Notes: generated by a model from the letters alone, not told the origin. A stretch of 64,000 bases of DNA from Octopus sinensis (GCF_006345805.1 NC_042999.1:28024001-28088000); one strand, 5' to 3'. Counted from the first letter of the stretch, positions 25,164 through 39,860 are shown. Numbers and translations: made by a program.

Positions 25164-25328
25164 GGGCGCATGCTTGGCTCTGTGGTAAGAGGTCTGCGTC
25201 TCATCCACATGGTTCCGGATTCAGTTTCACGGCGTGGCGCCTAGCGCAAGTCTCCTCTGCTATAGTCTCGGCCCGACCAAATCCTTGGATTTGGTAGATG
25301 GAAAATAAAAGAAGTATGTATGTATGCA

Positions 25329-25384
<56 letters not shown>

Positions 25385-25608
25385 CACCTCATATGTGTGT
25401 GTATTTGTGTGTGTGTTGTGAATGTGTGTGTCTGTGTGTCTTTGGGTCTATGTTTATCCCCCGCCTATCGCTTGACAAACGGTCTCAGTGTGTTTGCGTC
25501 CTCGTAACTTACCGGTTCGGCAAAGAGATCGATAGAATAAGCACCAGGCTTTAAAAAACGGTGTTCCAGTATGACCACACTGTAATGACTGAAGCAGGTA
25601 AAAGATAA
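25164..25608 (+). mobile_element. SINE family A
   Basis: ggctctgtggtaag...ggttccggattcagt...ctatagtctcggcccgaccaaa...(TA)n...cgcttgacaaac...gactgaagcaggtaaaagata. Confidence 0.8.
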
Positions 25609-25677
25609 ACTACCTATTATTTTTGACAGAGATAATCTGGAAATGTAATGAACTAACGCAACGAGTTAAGAATATTG

Positions 25678-25865
25678 GCTTCAAATTTTGGCACAAGGCC
25701 AATAACTTCGACCCCAATACTCAACTGGTACTTATTTTATCAACTCCAAAAGGACGAATGACAAAGTCGACCTCGGCAGAATTTGAACTCAGAACGTAAA
25801 GACGGGCGAAATGCCCCAAAGCATTTTGCGCGGCTTACTAACGGTTCTAGAAGCTCATCGCCTTA
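25678..25865 (-). mobile_element. SINE family B
   Basis: Reverse complement of aaggcgatgagct...tctgagttcaaattctgccgaggtcgactttgtcattcgtcc...aagtaccagttgag. Confidence 0.8.
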
Positions 25866-27009
25866 AACGAGTTAAGAAGTATTAATCACATACACAGACA
25901 CACGGACGGACACACACACACGCACACACACACATACACACGGACACAGACCCACACATGGACACAGGCCCACGCACAGATACACACTTTTACACACACA
26001 CAGGCACAAACACAAACAAACATACACACACAAACAAACATATTGATACTTTACGCACTGATCACATAATTTATATGTAAGTGCGTATATGCTTTAACAC
26101 ACTTTCTTACGTAGCTAATTTAAAAAGAAAAACTGGAGTACATAGATTTAACCATCGAAAATCATATATACCATGAAGCTTGCATGGATGTGCTCCAGCC
26201 ATCAAATCTTTTGTTTTGTTATTTGAAAGCGATAAAAGAATTAACACTTTACCTGGTGTAACGAAACTGTAGCAAAGGTCATCTCCTAGCTATCGAGAAA
26301 TATATGCAAATGAGCGACTGAATAAACAACCGTGGGAATGATTTAAGTAAACGAGGGGAATCAACAAGCGAAGGAATGATCGATTGATCGAGAGAATGAT
26401 CGAATAAACGAATGATTGAATGCAATGATAATATTTATAGAACGCTCCGATCACTTAATATGAAAAATAGCCTTAACAATTGTGCAGTGAAAACATATTA
26501 AGCCAGAAGTGGATAGGATGTGAAGGGACATTGGCTGGGCGGAGTGTAGGTAAATGCAATTAACTCACTAGGTAAAAGAGACGAAAGAGATGAAATATCA
26601 GAATAATAGACACTTGATATGATATTTGAATAAATTGATCCAGATTGACGCTTGGAGATGATCATGAGAAAAGACACGCGTGCCTTTATTTGCGAAATAT
26701 GAAGGAAGAATGCCCTTTTACTCTATCCGTACTTCTAAAATGATGTTATATATTCAATGGAAGTGGTAGTAAGTTCCTTAATATGAAGGAAATTTAATAT
26801 AGCAACAGTATTAAAGCTATGAAAGCAATTAATTATATAACATTAATAGAATTTTGAATGATATCCTTCGATCAATATTGAGCTTCAGAAGTGTTGCATC
26901 GCAATACTTGATATCCCCATGCTTTGGCATATCTGATATCAGATGTAATGTAATATCTCGACGCAGTATAATTTATTGATGTCTCATCTGTCTGTAAAGA
27001 AATATACAT

Positions 27010-27080
27010 AGATGCATACATAGATGCATATATATTATATATTATGCTCACACACACACACATATATATATACGCCCAAA

Positions 27081-27121
<41 letters not shown>

Positions 27122-27280
27122 TACATGTATATTACATATGTATATATATATATTATGTGTATGTATATATATATTATATGTACATACATACATACACAGA
27201 CACACTCATATATATATATTACATATATATATATATTATGCTCACACACACACACATATATATATACGCACAAATATATG

Positions 27281-27311
<31 letters not shown>

Positions 27312-27400
27312 TACATGTATATTACATATGTATATATATATATTATGTGTATGTATATATATATATATATGTACATACATACATACACAGACACACTCAT
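27010..27400. repeat. Tandem duplication of a ~195-bp microsatellite-rich unit
   Basis: tattatgctcacacacac...acagacacactcatatat occurs twice in succession. Confidence 0.7.
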
Positions 27401-27437
27401 ATATATATATTTACATATATATATATATAATATATAT

Positions 27438-27499
<62 letters not shown>

Positions 27500-28023
27500 A
27501 TATAATATATGTATGTATTTATAGTCAGGTGTATTCAATAGTTTAGAAATTAGGTGCGCCTAAGGATTCCTTGGTCATGCAGAAAGAAGAAGAAGAAAAA
27601 CAGAAATTCTTGTCATATTTCGTGATTGAGAAAGCATTTACTATAACTCAGATTGATTTCAAACTTTGGAACAGGGCAACATATTTACATGGGAAAGTGT
27701 AGCCGATTAGATGGACTTCCAAGAAATTACTGCTGCGTATTGTATCGATACTGGAAGATCCTGAAAGGTAAATCAGTCCCTGTGGTGTTTGAATTCAAGC
27801 CATTATGGTATGTAATTAAATATCGCAGAGCGTTTTTCTCAACCGCTCTGCCAGTTGTGATAATTTTCTTTTCTAACAGCAAAAAAAAAAAAAAATATTG
27901 ATATTGTAAATCATTAGCGACTGAAAATGATAACCTATATAATTGCCATAAAAACCAAGCATCACACTTCACCAGTATAAAGTTCTGCAGAAACGCCAAG
28001 GAGTTAGTAATGGAGCTTTAGAT

Positions 28024-28300
28024 CAGTGGTTCTCAATAGGGGTTCATATGACCCACAGGAGTTCATATAACATTTTTTTGTTGGTTGGGCTAGTAAAATA
28101 GTAAACTGGAAATCTACTGTAGTATTTTAAGGTCCATGGAAAGTTTTGAGTTAAATGTATCTATTACAAGAAACAGGTTTTTTTAAAAAAAAATTTACAT
28201 AGTTCAACCTATATAAGTGAATGAGTGTATCACAAAATAGGAATTTTGAAAGCAGTAAACAAAAGGGTCCATGGGTAAAAGATATGGTTGAGAACCACTA
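28024..28300. mobile_element. hAT (Charlie-type) MITE
   Basis: TIR cagtggttctcaa / ttgagaaccacta. 8-bp TSD ctttagat / ccctagat (6/8 match). Confidence 0.8.
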
Positions 28301-28312
28301 CCCTAGATAGGT

Positions 28313-28682
28313 GGAGGCACATGGCCTAGTGGTTAGAGTAGCGGACTCGCGGTCGAGGGATCGCGGGTTCGAATCTCAGACCGGGCGATGTGTGTGTTTA
28401 TGAGCGAAACACCTAAGCTCCACGCAGCTCCGGCAGAAGGTAATGGTGAACTTCTGCTGACTCTTTTGCCACAACTTTCTCTCACACTTTCCTCCATCTT
28501 GCAGCTCACTTGCGACGGACTGGCGTCCCGTCTAGGTGGGAACCTATACTCCAAAGAAACCGGGAAACCGGCCCTTATGAGCCAGACATGGCCCGAGAAG
28601 GGAAACCCCCCCCAAAAAAAAACCACTACTCTAGATGGTTACTGGAACCGCAAGAAATGACAACTAAATTTCCCTCAAATCA
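28313..28682 (+). mobile_element. SINE family C head with a different tail (type 3)
   Basis: ggaggcacatggcctagtggttagagtagcggactcgcggtcg head. Tail ggactggcgtcccgtctagg...ccttatgagccag differs from the other family C copies. Confidence 0.8.
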
Positions 28683-29526
28683 TACTCTAGCGGGAAGAAT
28701 ACATAATAAATAATGTGATAGCGAGGGTTGAACCACCTATGATCATAGTTCCACTCGGTCACGGCTGACCAGGAACTAAGCGGCATCTAAAGCCGTAGAA
28801 GACAAAAAATCTTGGACACAGTTATCAAAGCATTCTGTTTTCGGTTTTTCTTTAGAAAAAAGAAGTTCAGTACTTGTGGACCTTTTCAAGATCTCCGTGA
28901 CGGATAGAGGAAGGGAGGAAGTTGCTCTCGGGTCTGAACCATAGTATAAATGCTCACAACAGCCATGTGGTGGTGTTAAACAAGGCTACCGATTAAATCT
29001 GTTACACATGAAACTGATACAGTATATTCAAGAGGCTTCCAAACAGGTTCTGTTGACAAAGTTTTATTCAAAGCTTTGGTCGACCTAAAACTTCGGTAGA
29101 AAACACTTGCTCAAGGTTCTACAAGAGGGGACCGAACTTAGAGCTACGTGATGACTATACTACATATTAATACTTATGCCAAGTTTGTTCTTACGAAGCG
29201 ATGGAAGGTAGTTACTAGTATATTATTTGGTCTTCATTAGATAACTAGGTGCTTTCAGAACCTACTCTGGATTTCCAATTTACTATTTTGCTAATGTGGA
29301 ACCCAAGTCAGCAAAAAAGTTTTATATGCCCCCACTTCCGGGCAAATCAGTGCACTGGACCCTACAGTATTTATTTATTGATAGCAAGCTGCAGCATATC
29401 TAGTTCATCCCCAACCCCCAGATACGTGGATCCCTGAGCAACTGCCCAGTGTATTCATGTTTTAAGACAGCCCTGAGTGCTTTGTTATACAGTATACCAT
29501 ACTGAAAAGTAACTGAAATGAAATAT

Positions 29527-30352
29527 TGATTTCAAATTTTGGCGCAAGGCCAGCTATTTAAGGAGAGAGGCTAAGTCGATTGCATCGATCTTCAGTACTC
29601 AACTGGTACTTATTCTATCGACTCTGAAAGGATGAATGGCAAAGTCGACGCCGGAGGAATTTGAACTCAGTACGTAAAGGCGGACGAAATGCCGACAGGT
29701 GTTGTGCCCGGCGTGCTAATGATTCTTATTTCTTTATTGCCCGCAAGGGGCTAAACATAGAAGGGACAAACAAAAACAGACAAAGGGATTAAGTCGATTA
29801 CACTAAGCACAGTGCGTAACTGGTACTTATTTAATCGACCCCGAAAGGATGAAAAGCAAAGTCGACCCCGAAAGGATGAAAGGCAAAGTCGACTTCGGCG
29901 GAATTTGAACTCAAAACGTAGCAGCAGACGGAATACCTATTTCTTTACTACCCACAAGGGGCTAAACACAGAGGGGACAAACAAGGCCAGACAAACGGAT
30001 TAAGTCGATTACATCAACCCCAGTGCGTAACTGGTACTTATTTAATCGACATCGAAAGGATGAAAGGCAAAGTCGACCTCGGCGGAATTTGAACTCAGAA
30101 CGTAACGGCAGACGAAATACGTATTTCTTTACTACCCACAAGGGGCTAAACACAGAGGGGACAAACAAGGATAGACAAACGGATTAAGTCGATTACATCA
30201 ACCCCAGTGCGTAACTGGTACTTAATTTATCAACCCCGAAAGGATGAAAGGCAAAGTCGACCTCGGCGGAATTTGAACTCAGAACGTAACGGCAGACGAA
30301 ATACCGTTCAGCATTTCGCCCGGCGTGCTAACGTTTCTGCCTGCTCGTTGCC
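29527..30352 (-). mobile_element. SINE family B cluster including a tandem trimer of the ~185-bp body
   Basis: ttctttactacccacaaggggctaaacacagagg...ggaatttgaactcagaacgt...gacgaaatac repeated about three times head to tail, with the head at ~30350. Confidence 0.88.
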
Positions 30353-32091
30353 GAACGCTGAAATTAATATAAAAACAAAAAAATGCTTTACAAACAGAAT
30401 GAAAACCAAGTTTGAATAATAAGCCCCTAAAGAACTTCAGTAGTATTAAAAACATTACATAAATAGCAAAGAACCTAGAACATACCTTTGCAGCACACCT
30501 CAAGTGAGCTGTCTCTTCTTTGATGACATACTGTGATAATTTCATTAAGAATAAAATGAATCCATTTCGACACAGAATATCGCTAAGGTGAATATAGATA
30601 TAAAAGACTATCTTGATTAAGAATCAGCAGAAATCAATCAATACACTAATTAGACTGCATTCGATATTAATAGAAACCGTTAAAATGTTCATTAATATCA
30701 CCTGTAGGAGGATTTTAATATTCCGATACTTATGATAGCCAAATTGATTCTCCACATACAGATAATTAAGAGACCTGTGATTACTTAGCAGCATTAAATC
30801 TTCACGTTTATCTAATTTAGTAATGAAGTATTGATTTCTAAAGTTGGCACAACATTGCATATACATATATATAGAGAGAGAGCGGATGTGTATGGAAATA
30901 ATGAATATATTTTCATCGACTCAGGATAGAGGAAAAGCAATGTAAATGGTGTAGAGATGAATATTCAGAACTTAATAGAAGTGAGTCTTTGAATGGTATC
31001 TTACCTTCTGGCTGCAGGAAATAGCAGCCCAAATCTCCTTCGAATGATACCATAAAAATAGTGTGTTTACACTTTGATCAAAGTTCTTATTCAGAGTTAA
31101 ATGGAGCAAAACAACAGCAACAATAAAAATGATAAAAACAATGAGAAGTGTTAAAAGCAAAAAAAAAAAAACCCCAAAAAGCAACAACCAAATATGAAGA
31201 TGTCAAACTACTTTCCTGCCTGTTTTAAAGATATTCGTTTAGAGTTATGTCGTATTGACATTCACTGAACTGAGACAATTTACACCTCTCACTTACCACG
31301 CATTCCGCATAATTCTACAGAAAAAAGAAACTGAGTTAAATTCGGAATTTGAAGAATCTGCAGAAGTCGGCCTGTCAGCAACATCAAAAGATGGAAGGTG
31401 GAAGACAAGTGTAAAGAAAAAGAAAGTTGAAAGACAGGTGTAAAATTACGAAGGCTGAAGACACGTGTGAAGGCAAGAATGTCGAAGACAGATGTAAGAG
31501 AGTATTGGAAGTGTAATGTTTGAGAATTTGGTCTTCAAATGAGAGTAAAGACAGAGAGAAAGGTTGTTATTTTCGTCAATTGAGATGAAACATTAGACTC
31601 TACACTCCTCACAGCAAACTGAACATTTCCCCACATTAAAAAATTTTCTCATTAAGTATTTTTGACAGGAGAAGGGTATGTCAATGATATCATTTTCAGA
31701 GACGGACGAGAGGTAGAGTGAAAGATATTCTTTGAGTAGAGACCGCGAGTGAATGCTGGTAACTTCTCCCATCACCGATATTGTGTGTTCTAAACCATCT
31801 CAGGATTTGCATTAACCACTCCGATCAGTCTTGCTTTACCGAACGTTGACTCTCTGGAATTGCCCGCAATGCAAATGTTTATCCTGTAGTGGTTGAAGGG
31901 GAACGTTTACGACGCCGAGGAGAACCTGTCAATGGCTGGGGCACATTTGTTTCCTCAAGACTAAACATAAAAAGTCCCAGTCCGAAAACAGTTAAAGGAG
32001 TATCTGGAGGTGGAAGTGGCATGTTACTGGCAGGAATGTAGTCCCAGAGAATTCATTCAAACACCAGTCTTCAATAAAGTGACAGGAATAA

Positions 32092-34101
32092 CATTGGTCA
32101 ACAAAATTAAATGTATTATACTCATTATGAATGCAAACCACCTTTTTTAGACTACTTTTTCATGCTGATTTCAAAATTTCGTTCCATTTGTATGCAGTAC
32201 GTCTCAGATTTTCAGTAGATACATGCAAATATTTACATATTTGTATATATGAAATCATTAACGTTCTAAATAAGGACAAATTATTTTTAGAAAATAAATG
32301 AGTTTATTGAGTTGTAAATCATCACTATCATTCTACAAGGAGCGAATACACAAGAAATGGGTTAGGCTAAACAGACAAAGTTAGAAAAACAGAGCTAGAA
32401 ACATTATTATTTGGATTTCATGCGGTGTTCCTGATCTGGTTGATCACAGTAAAATGTCCAGAGGTAGTCAGTCAGCATACTCTCATTCCAGAAGCCTTGG
32501 TACCATTTCTCCATTGCACTAATATCCTGGTGAAACCTTTCACTATGTTCATCAGACACTGCTCCAAGGTTATCTGCGAAGAAATCCAGATGGGAGTCCA
32601 AGAAGTGAACTTTCAGTGACATGCGACAACCCATTGCTGAGTAACATTTCAGAAGATTCTTGATGCCATATTTTTAGTCCATTGTCTTCCCGTTGCCCAA
32701 GAAATTTTCACAGATCCGATTGAAAACAGGCAGTTCCTGTTCATCCAGTGTTGTCTTGAAGTGGACATCTTTGAGTACTTCTCTAATTCAGGGGTCCGTC
32801 AAAGATATCCTCTTTCAACTTCGCTTGTGTAATTTTGGGAAGCTTTTCTACACTATACTCAAACCCTCTGGCATTTCTCTTCCTTAGTGTCTTTACAAAC
32901 TGTTTCATCAGTCCAAGCTTTATGTGCAAGAGAGGTAATGGGACATTACATGGATCTGCAGGAGGTGTATTCTTGATCTTAGACTGTCTTGGCTGGTATG
33001 ATGTTCTTGTCTGCCAGATTGATTCCGAATAATATCTATCAGTTGCCAGACTATCCTATAGACACAAGAAACAACAGCATTTTGTAAAAGGTGGCTAAAT
33101 TCCCATTAACCTTCCAATGACTTTTAAATCTCCACATTTTTTTCCATGAGTGTCTTTCATAGGCAATGATATGAAGTAAAGGTTCTATATTTTCATATGA
33201 TTCCTGAAGATAAACGGAGTGTACAATAGGAATGGAGGGCTGCAAATTACCATTATGGAGAAGTACAGCTTTTAAACTTCGTTTCGAAGAGTCAATAAAC
33301 AAACACCACTCTGCGGAATAATAATTTTGTGATAAACATTCGAAAAGTCCATCGATTGTACTGCAAAAATAAAGCGGCCTTCAATAGAAAAACACGTTTG
33401 TAGAACCACATTTCTCTGCCGAAAACAACTTATACGGACACCGTGCTCTAGCAAATACTTCTCCTTCAGTCTTGATGCCAACATTTCTGCTTTATCTTTT
33501 GAGAGGGATAGCTCTCTGACAAGGTTATTCAGTTCATCTTGAGAAAATTTCTGAGATTCAAAGCTGTCGTCATCAGCCACGCAATCTTCCTCAGCAGCAA
33601 TATCGTGACAGTTAGTATCATCACAAAGTTGTCCACAGACGTAGAGAAACACGTCAGAAGGAGTTCTACAGTCTTGACATTGTTAACACTGTAAGACATG
33701 TAAGGAAATAGATACAAATGGTTATACTTTTACCGAATTTGAGATGATGAAATATTTCATCAGACCAATTATGACTGGCCAGTATGAGATGTTGAAATAC
33801 CTATTTCATCAGACAAAACTTGATTCGTTAATTTAAGATGAGGAAATATCGCATCTGGACTATGCAGCAATGAATAATGTAGTTTATTTTAAAGGAATGT
33901 TTTCATAATGTAAATGAAATACATGCATACACGTCATTAATTGGAATTTCTCTATAATGCTTGAGCTAAAACCAAAAGACTTTCTCATCTTGAAAACTGT
34001 AGGCTATGCCAAAAAACTAATTGTATATTTGAAATCAGCATTAAAAACTACAGTAAGTATACTAAGACATATGCTTCATAAAAAATACTTGTTGGCCAGT
34101 G
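32092..34101 (-). mobile_element. Complete Chapaev3-like (CMC / RAG-Transib-related) DNA transposon
   Basis: TIRs cattggtcaacaa / ttgttggccagtg. Subterminal IR atgctgatttcaaa. 3-bp TSD TAA (32089-91, 34102-04). Superfamily label is from recalled motifs and needs a Repbase/Dfam check. Confidence 0.8.
32407..33717 (-). pseudogene. DDE transposase, frameshifted
   Basis: Pieces ELNNLVRELSLSKDKAEMLASRLKE, FIDSSKRSLKAVLLHNGN, and KVHFLDSHLDFFADNLGAVSDEHSERFHQDISAMEKWYQG. Confidence 0.88.
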
Positions 34102-34629
34102 TAACTAGAAATAAAACCCATGTCCATTATTAAACTTGAGGAATTGGCAGAATTTATAGAGTGCTGGAAAAAATTAAAATTTGGGACAATAAGGAAACTC
34201 GATCGCATTATGTGAAGCAGAATGGGAGAGTACATAATTCAGATCTACCAAAAATTAGGAAATTTGAAGAAGAATCGTAATATTAGTAGTATATTTAATG
34301 AGCATGCATCACTCATTAAGAACTAATGAAAGAAATATTGTTAGACCTGCTACAAATAGCAGTCAAATACTTCAAGTATAACATAGGGTTTCGAACGTGG
34401 AACGACACAATGAAAGCTCTCGATACACTATACCTTAAGCTTGTTTGTTTTTCATTCTCGACTTAGTGTGTAAGCTTTGATAGAGAGCTCTCATGTAGGT
34501 GTGTATATGCAGGTTGTACGGGTAAATTTGAAAGTTTGTATAAAAAGAAAAGAAAACAAAATATTCCACCCAAAAATAAAAGTAAAAAAAAACATCAACC
34601 AGATTATGGGTGAGAGATAGTTTACTCAA

Positions 34630-35300
34630 ATTAGCCGCCCCCAGCTTCCACCACAACTTCAAGATGGCTCTGAAACCTAGTGCATGCGTTTCTCACTACC
34701 ACTTGGAAGATCTCCGAAGACCTCCTTGGTCTTGGCTACCAGCTTGGCCTACAACTGTGCCCCACACATAGTAATCCGCGGGATTCCAATCGGGAAAATT
34801 AAGAAGCCAGAAAATGGGTCTGACAAAGTCATACAAATTTTTTGATTACCATTTCTGACTCTTTCCGGAGGTATGTCAAGGAATCGAGTCATGCTGCTAC
34901 TCATGGCCTTCCAGTAGTAACCCTCTGTAGAAGTTTTATAAAACCGTCTGAATTGAGCTTAAAGCCATGACCTACATCTGTTCGATGAATTCCAGCTTGC
35001 GGACGCAAACGCTTTTTGCGTCTCTTCCTGCTGGCCACGGCTTCGTATCTCCATTGCAGCTGCCTACTTTCCATCTTACAACCTCCACAGTGTTCACACA
35101 ACACTGAGTAGCAGTCATGTCCCATTTTGATACTTGGCGTGAATCATCATGATACAAGTGACATTCTTCCAGTATTTATATGGCTTCCAGTCATTCCATG
35201 TCAGATAAACATGTTCTCAAATAAAACTTTAATGTTTATGCTTTCCAACACCGTTGACCGTTCACCAATACATCAAGTTTTTTTTCGGGAACATCAAATA
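34630..35300 (-). mobile_element. Degenerate Tc1/mariner (DD37D/maT-like) transposon fragment
   Basis: Remnant peptides GFKLNSDGFIKLL, QHDSIP*HTSGKSQKW and DWNPADYYVWAQL (SPDLNPLDY-like). Confidence 0.72.
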
Positions 35301-35313
35301 TAGCATGAACTCT

Positions 35314-35461
<148 letters not shown>

Positions 35462-35497
35462 TGCATGTAAGTATATATGTATATATCTTTTACCTTT

Positions 35498-35695
35498 TAC
35501 TTGTTTTAGTGATTAGACTGCGTTGGTAGGGGACAAACAGAAAAACAAAGACACATACACACACATATACATATATACGTCGGGCTTCTTTCAGTTTCCG
35601 TTTACCAAATCCACTCACAAGGCTTTTGTCGGTCCGAGGCCATAGGTGAAGACACTCTTGCAAGGTGCCAGGCAGTGGGACTGAACCGGTACCTT
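35498..35695 (-). mobile_element. SINE family A, internally deleted
   Basis: ggttcagtcccactgcctggcaccttgc...ggatttggtaaacggaaactgaaagaagcccgacg. Confidence 0.75.
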
Positions 35696-36894
35696 GTATG
35701 TATATATATATATATATATATAGTGTATGTACACACACACACACGCATATATATATATGTGTATGCATATATATATATATATATAATATATATGTATATG
35801 TATTATTATTTATATAGTATATGTGGTTATATATATATATATATATATATATGCATATATATATATTTAATTCCACCCATACATATATATATACTTCTTG
35901 AGATGTATCCTGTACACACATATACGTGACGTGACATACATTTCTAGAGGTGTATCCACTGTACATACAGAACATTCTTGACACTCCTCCAATACACATA
36001 CATACACACACACACGCACGTGCGCACACACACACATACAATATGTTTCCACTATACATATACAGACTCTATAAATGTCGTTATTGTATACATAAACCTT
36101 GCAAGATATTTCTCCACTATGTAATAGGCCTTATTAGAGGCGTCTCTACTATATACATATACCTTCTAGTTGAGTTTTCACTTCTAGAGGAATCCTTTAC
36201 TAGTTTGTTTCTCAAAACCGATTGCAAAATACTTACACATGCATGCGAGCAAATATTCACCTATTCTCCTTGCACACATACACATTTAGAACCAAATCGC
36301 ATTAACATGCTATGTAAATAATCATTCACAAACATACATGTAGACACCAACACTCACACACACATAAACACCTATGCAAACACACAAACACACGCACACG
36401 CATACACACACATACACACATACACACGTAGCTGTCACACGAACGCAGCAGATTCTAATGAATTCTCCTAAATATCCACCATGAAATGTTTAAGTCAATG
36501 CTGTAAGTTGTCCATTGACTGTATTGCTAAGGTTTCATTTATGTCAAGGTTGGTTGCTAGGGTTATAAAGGTCAACGTTATTGATTTAATGGAGTTTCTG
36601 TTTCAACTTGAAACACGTGACTCTGTCTACATTATTGATGGGAAGCTCATCAGGCAGTTGTCAGTCTGACAAACAGGAAGGAAGATGCACTTGTGAGAGA
36701 AATAATTATTTCTCTCTCAAAATCACTATAATCCACAGAACCAATGATTGGTAGCAATATTAGACTGCTGAATAAAATACTTTGCGGTATTTAATTCCAC
36801 CCATTTATCTTCCGAGTATCATACCCTTCCGAGTTCTAATTCCAGTTTCATCATTTCTAAGTTCAATAACTTAAAATGCCAATCAAATATGGGA

Positions 36895-37225
36895 ACCGAG
36901 ATCCTCCTCGTTATCGTATCGACCTTGCTCGGATTCGCATGACCTTCATCCTGCAATTTAATCTATCTCAATATTTCATGCCATGTGTGAGTTTCTCTGG
37001 ATGACATAGCATCAGTTAACTGATCGATGTATGTATTAGCAGGGCTACCAATGCGATTATAACCATGACGAGGAATCCGTAGTAGAGAGCCACTAATATC
37101 GGCTCCTCCTTACATCTCTAACATGTCCAGTAAAGCGAACTCTTCTTTCACTAATGATGTCAGATATTTTTGAAGACTACTTCTATGATATTTCTTTGGT
37201 GGCTGTTCTTCTCCGGTGACTGAAA
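36895..37225 (-). mobile_element. RTE-like LINE 3' fragment
   Basis: Remnants KISDIISERRVRFTGHV and LRIPRHGYNRIGSPANTYIDQLTD match the RTE C-terminal RRLRFAGH...GRP.TYIDQL pattern. Confidence 0.7.
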
Positions 37226-38582
37226 ATGGTACGACGTATGCGCATATATGTACTATCAATCTTCAAGCAAGAAAGCACAGCTGAAAATTTTCTCTTAGTT
37301 TTTTGTATGCTCTTTAAAGGTGGATGAGACATTAAAGTACTTTAGCTTTGAAAAGCATAATAATGGTACGAATTATGTGATGCGTCCATCATCAGGTCCG
37401 AGGAATGTTGATAAAGTATATAATTCCATTAGCTTTTAGTAGAAGAGAAATTAAACAATCTCATATAAAAAAAGAAATATTGTAGTTACATACCTCCAGC
37501 TATTTGTAGTACATTGTTCACCACTGTAGTATGACCCGGAGGAAGCACATGTCCTATCAAGAGATATGAACGAATTTCTGCTGTGGTTTACCCAGGAAGC
37601 CACAAAGTACCAATACTAGAATTCTTTGATGATGTGTGTTGAGTCGTAAATCTATCACGAACTTATCTTCCTGAAATAAAGCAGTGAAACATTCCTGCCT
37701 TTGTTTCTGTTAGCAAAACAGATACAAATATATTTTCTCACTTCGCAAAGTTTGACAACTCATTAAGTTGGTGTTCAGGTACTGCAGCAAAATCTCCCTC
37801 GTATCTCTCTGCAGTATTTCGATATCGGGACACATTGGACAAGAAAGTCCCTGATGGGTTGCAGCAATGCTTTGATCAGATGTTTGCTCGATTACTGAAA
37901 ATGCAACATCAGTCAACACACATCTTTATATACCATTTATATGACTGCTCAACCAGTCAGAAGCAGCGGTCAAAACATCCTCATATGGTATATACCTTTT
38001 TGAAAACAAGGAACATACGATAATATATTCCTTGATATAAAAATATAAAGAGATGAGATGGTCATGGATGGAATCCATTTGACTATAGATCTACTTGATC
38101 AGGGCTGTTTGGGGAGATAGCTGGTAAACAATAACAAGGACAAAGTCCAGCAGAATCTCCTTCATAACAAACTCTAACGTCTTAAAAAAAGGAAACGTTA
38201 TTGGATAGCTTAGTCTAGGTACACCATGCCTGAGACAGGATAGGCAAAGATTTCACCCTTTTTATCTTAGGTGTACTCGATCTAAACGACTTAAACAGCA
38301 GCAGCAGCAACAACAACAACAACAGGACAATAAGACAAACAACAACACAATCTAGGGAAACTAAATCCTTGCAATAAGTTGAGAAGATTATTGAAAGGAA
38401 TGAAGTCAAGTGGAGTATATTGTTGGAATTGTATTGATGGCATTTGTTGATGGTCTCGTGTATTGAACAGAAGGAAAATCAATAGGAAATGTCAGAGAAG
38501 TTATTTAGAGAGTGAGAGAGAGAGAGAGAGAGAAAGAGAAAAGGAGGGGAGGGAGAGAGGGAATGGGAATTAGGTACGTATT

Positions 38583-38621
<39 letters not shown>

Positions 38622-38984
38622 TTATATATATAATATATATAGATATAGATATACAAACACAGACACACACATGCATATATGTTTGTATGTATGTATATGT
38701 GTGTGTGTGTGTTTATAAATACATCCATATATATATATATATATAATATATATATATATATATTATATATATATATAATATAATATATATATATATATAT
38801 ATATACATACTACGATATATATTATAGTTTATATACGTATGCGTATATGTATATACGTGCGATCATGTGTGTATTTGTGCAACTAACGTGTTTCAAAATA
38901 TAGATTATTATGGTAGGATACACATATGCAAGAATGCAACGGAGAAGAGAAATACAGATATAAAATTATGTGTGTGCATACGTC

Positions 38985-38987
38985 TAG

Positions 38988-39076
<89 letters not shown>

Positions 39077-39077
39077 A

Positions 39078-39148
<71 letters not shown>

Positions 39149-39149
39149 G

Positions 39150-39181
<32 letters not shown>

Positions 39182-39211
39182 CGTTCGGTCGTCCTTCCAT
39201 CCATCCATCCA

Positions 39212-39292
<81 letters not shown>

Positions 39293-39501
39293 GTATCTAC
39301 CAATCTGTCTGTCTGCCTGTCTATATACACACATAGATATATGTATGTACACACACACACATATATAAGCATATGTATATATATATATAGGCGTACATTT
39401 ATGACCACATGTGTGTAAATATATTTGTCGTTATAATTGTGTGTGTGCGTATTTATATATATATATATATGTATATACACACACACACATACATACACAC
39501 A

Positions 39502-39540
<39 letters not shown>

Positions 39541-39797
39541 TATCTATATATGCATACACACGCACACATGTATGCACAGATAGAAAGACACGCACGCACA
39601 CGAAAGTTAGAGTGATGAAAAGGAGTAGTAGGAGGAGATGAGTGAAAACTGTTGGTTTGAAGAAGGTGAAAAAGGAGGTGAGAAAATATGTAGAAAACAG
39701 AGTGTAGGTTGTTGGAGCAAATGGAAATACGAAGAAAATGGTTGATGGGAGAAGGTGAAAGTTGGGAAGTGAGCTCATTGAAAAAATCTTTGAAATA

Positions 39798-39860
<63 letters not shown>

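Noticed and set aside
31590-32050. Coding-looking stretch next to the Chapaev-like element
   Set aside because: Partial frames on both strands have stops and no recognisable motif.
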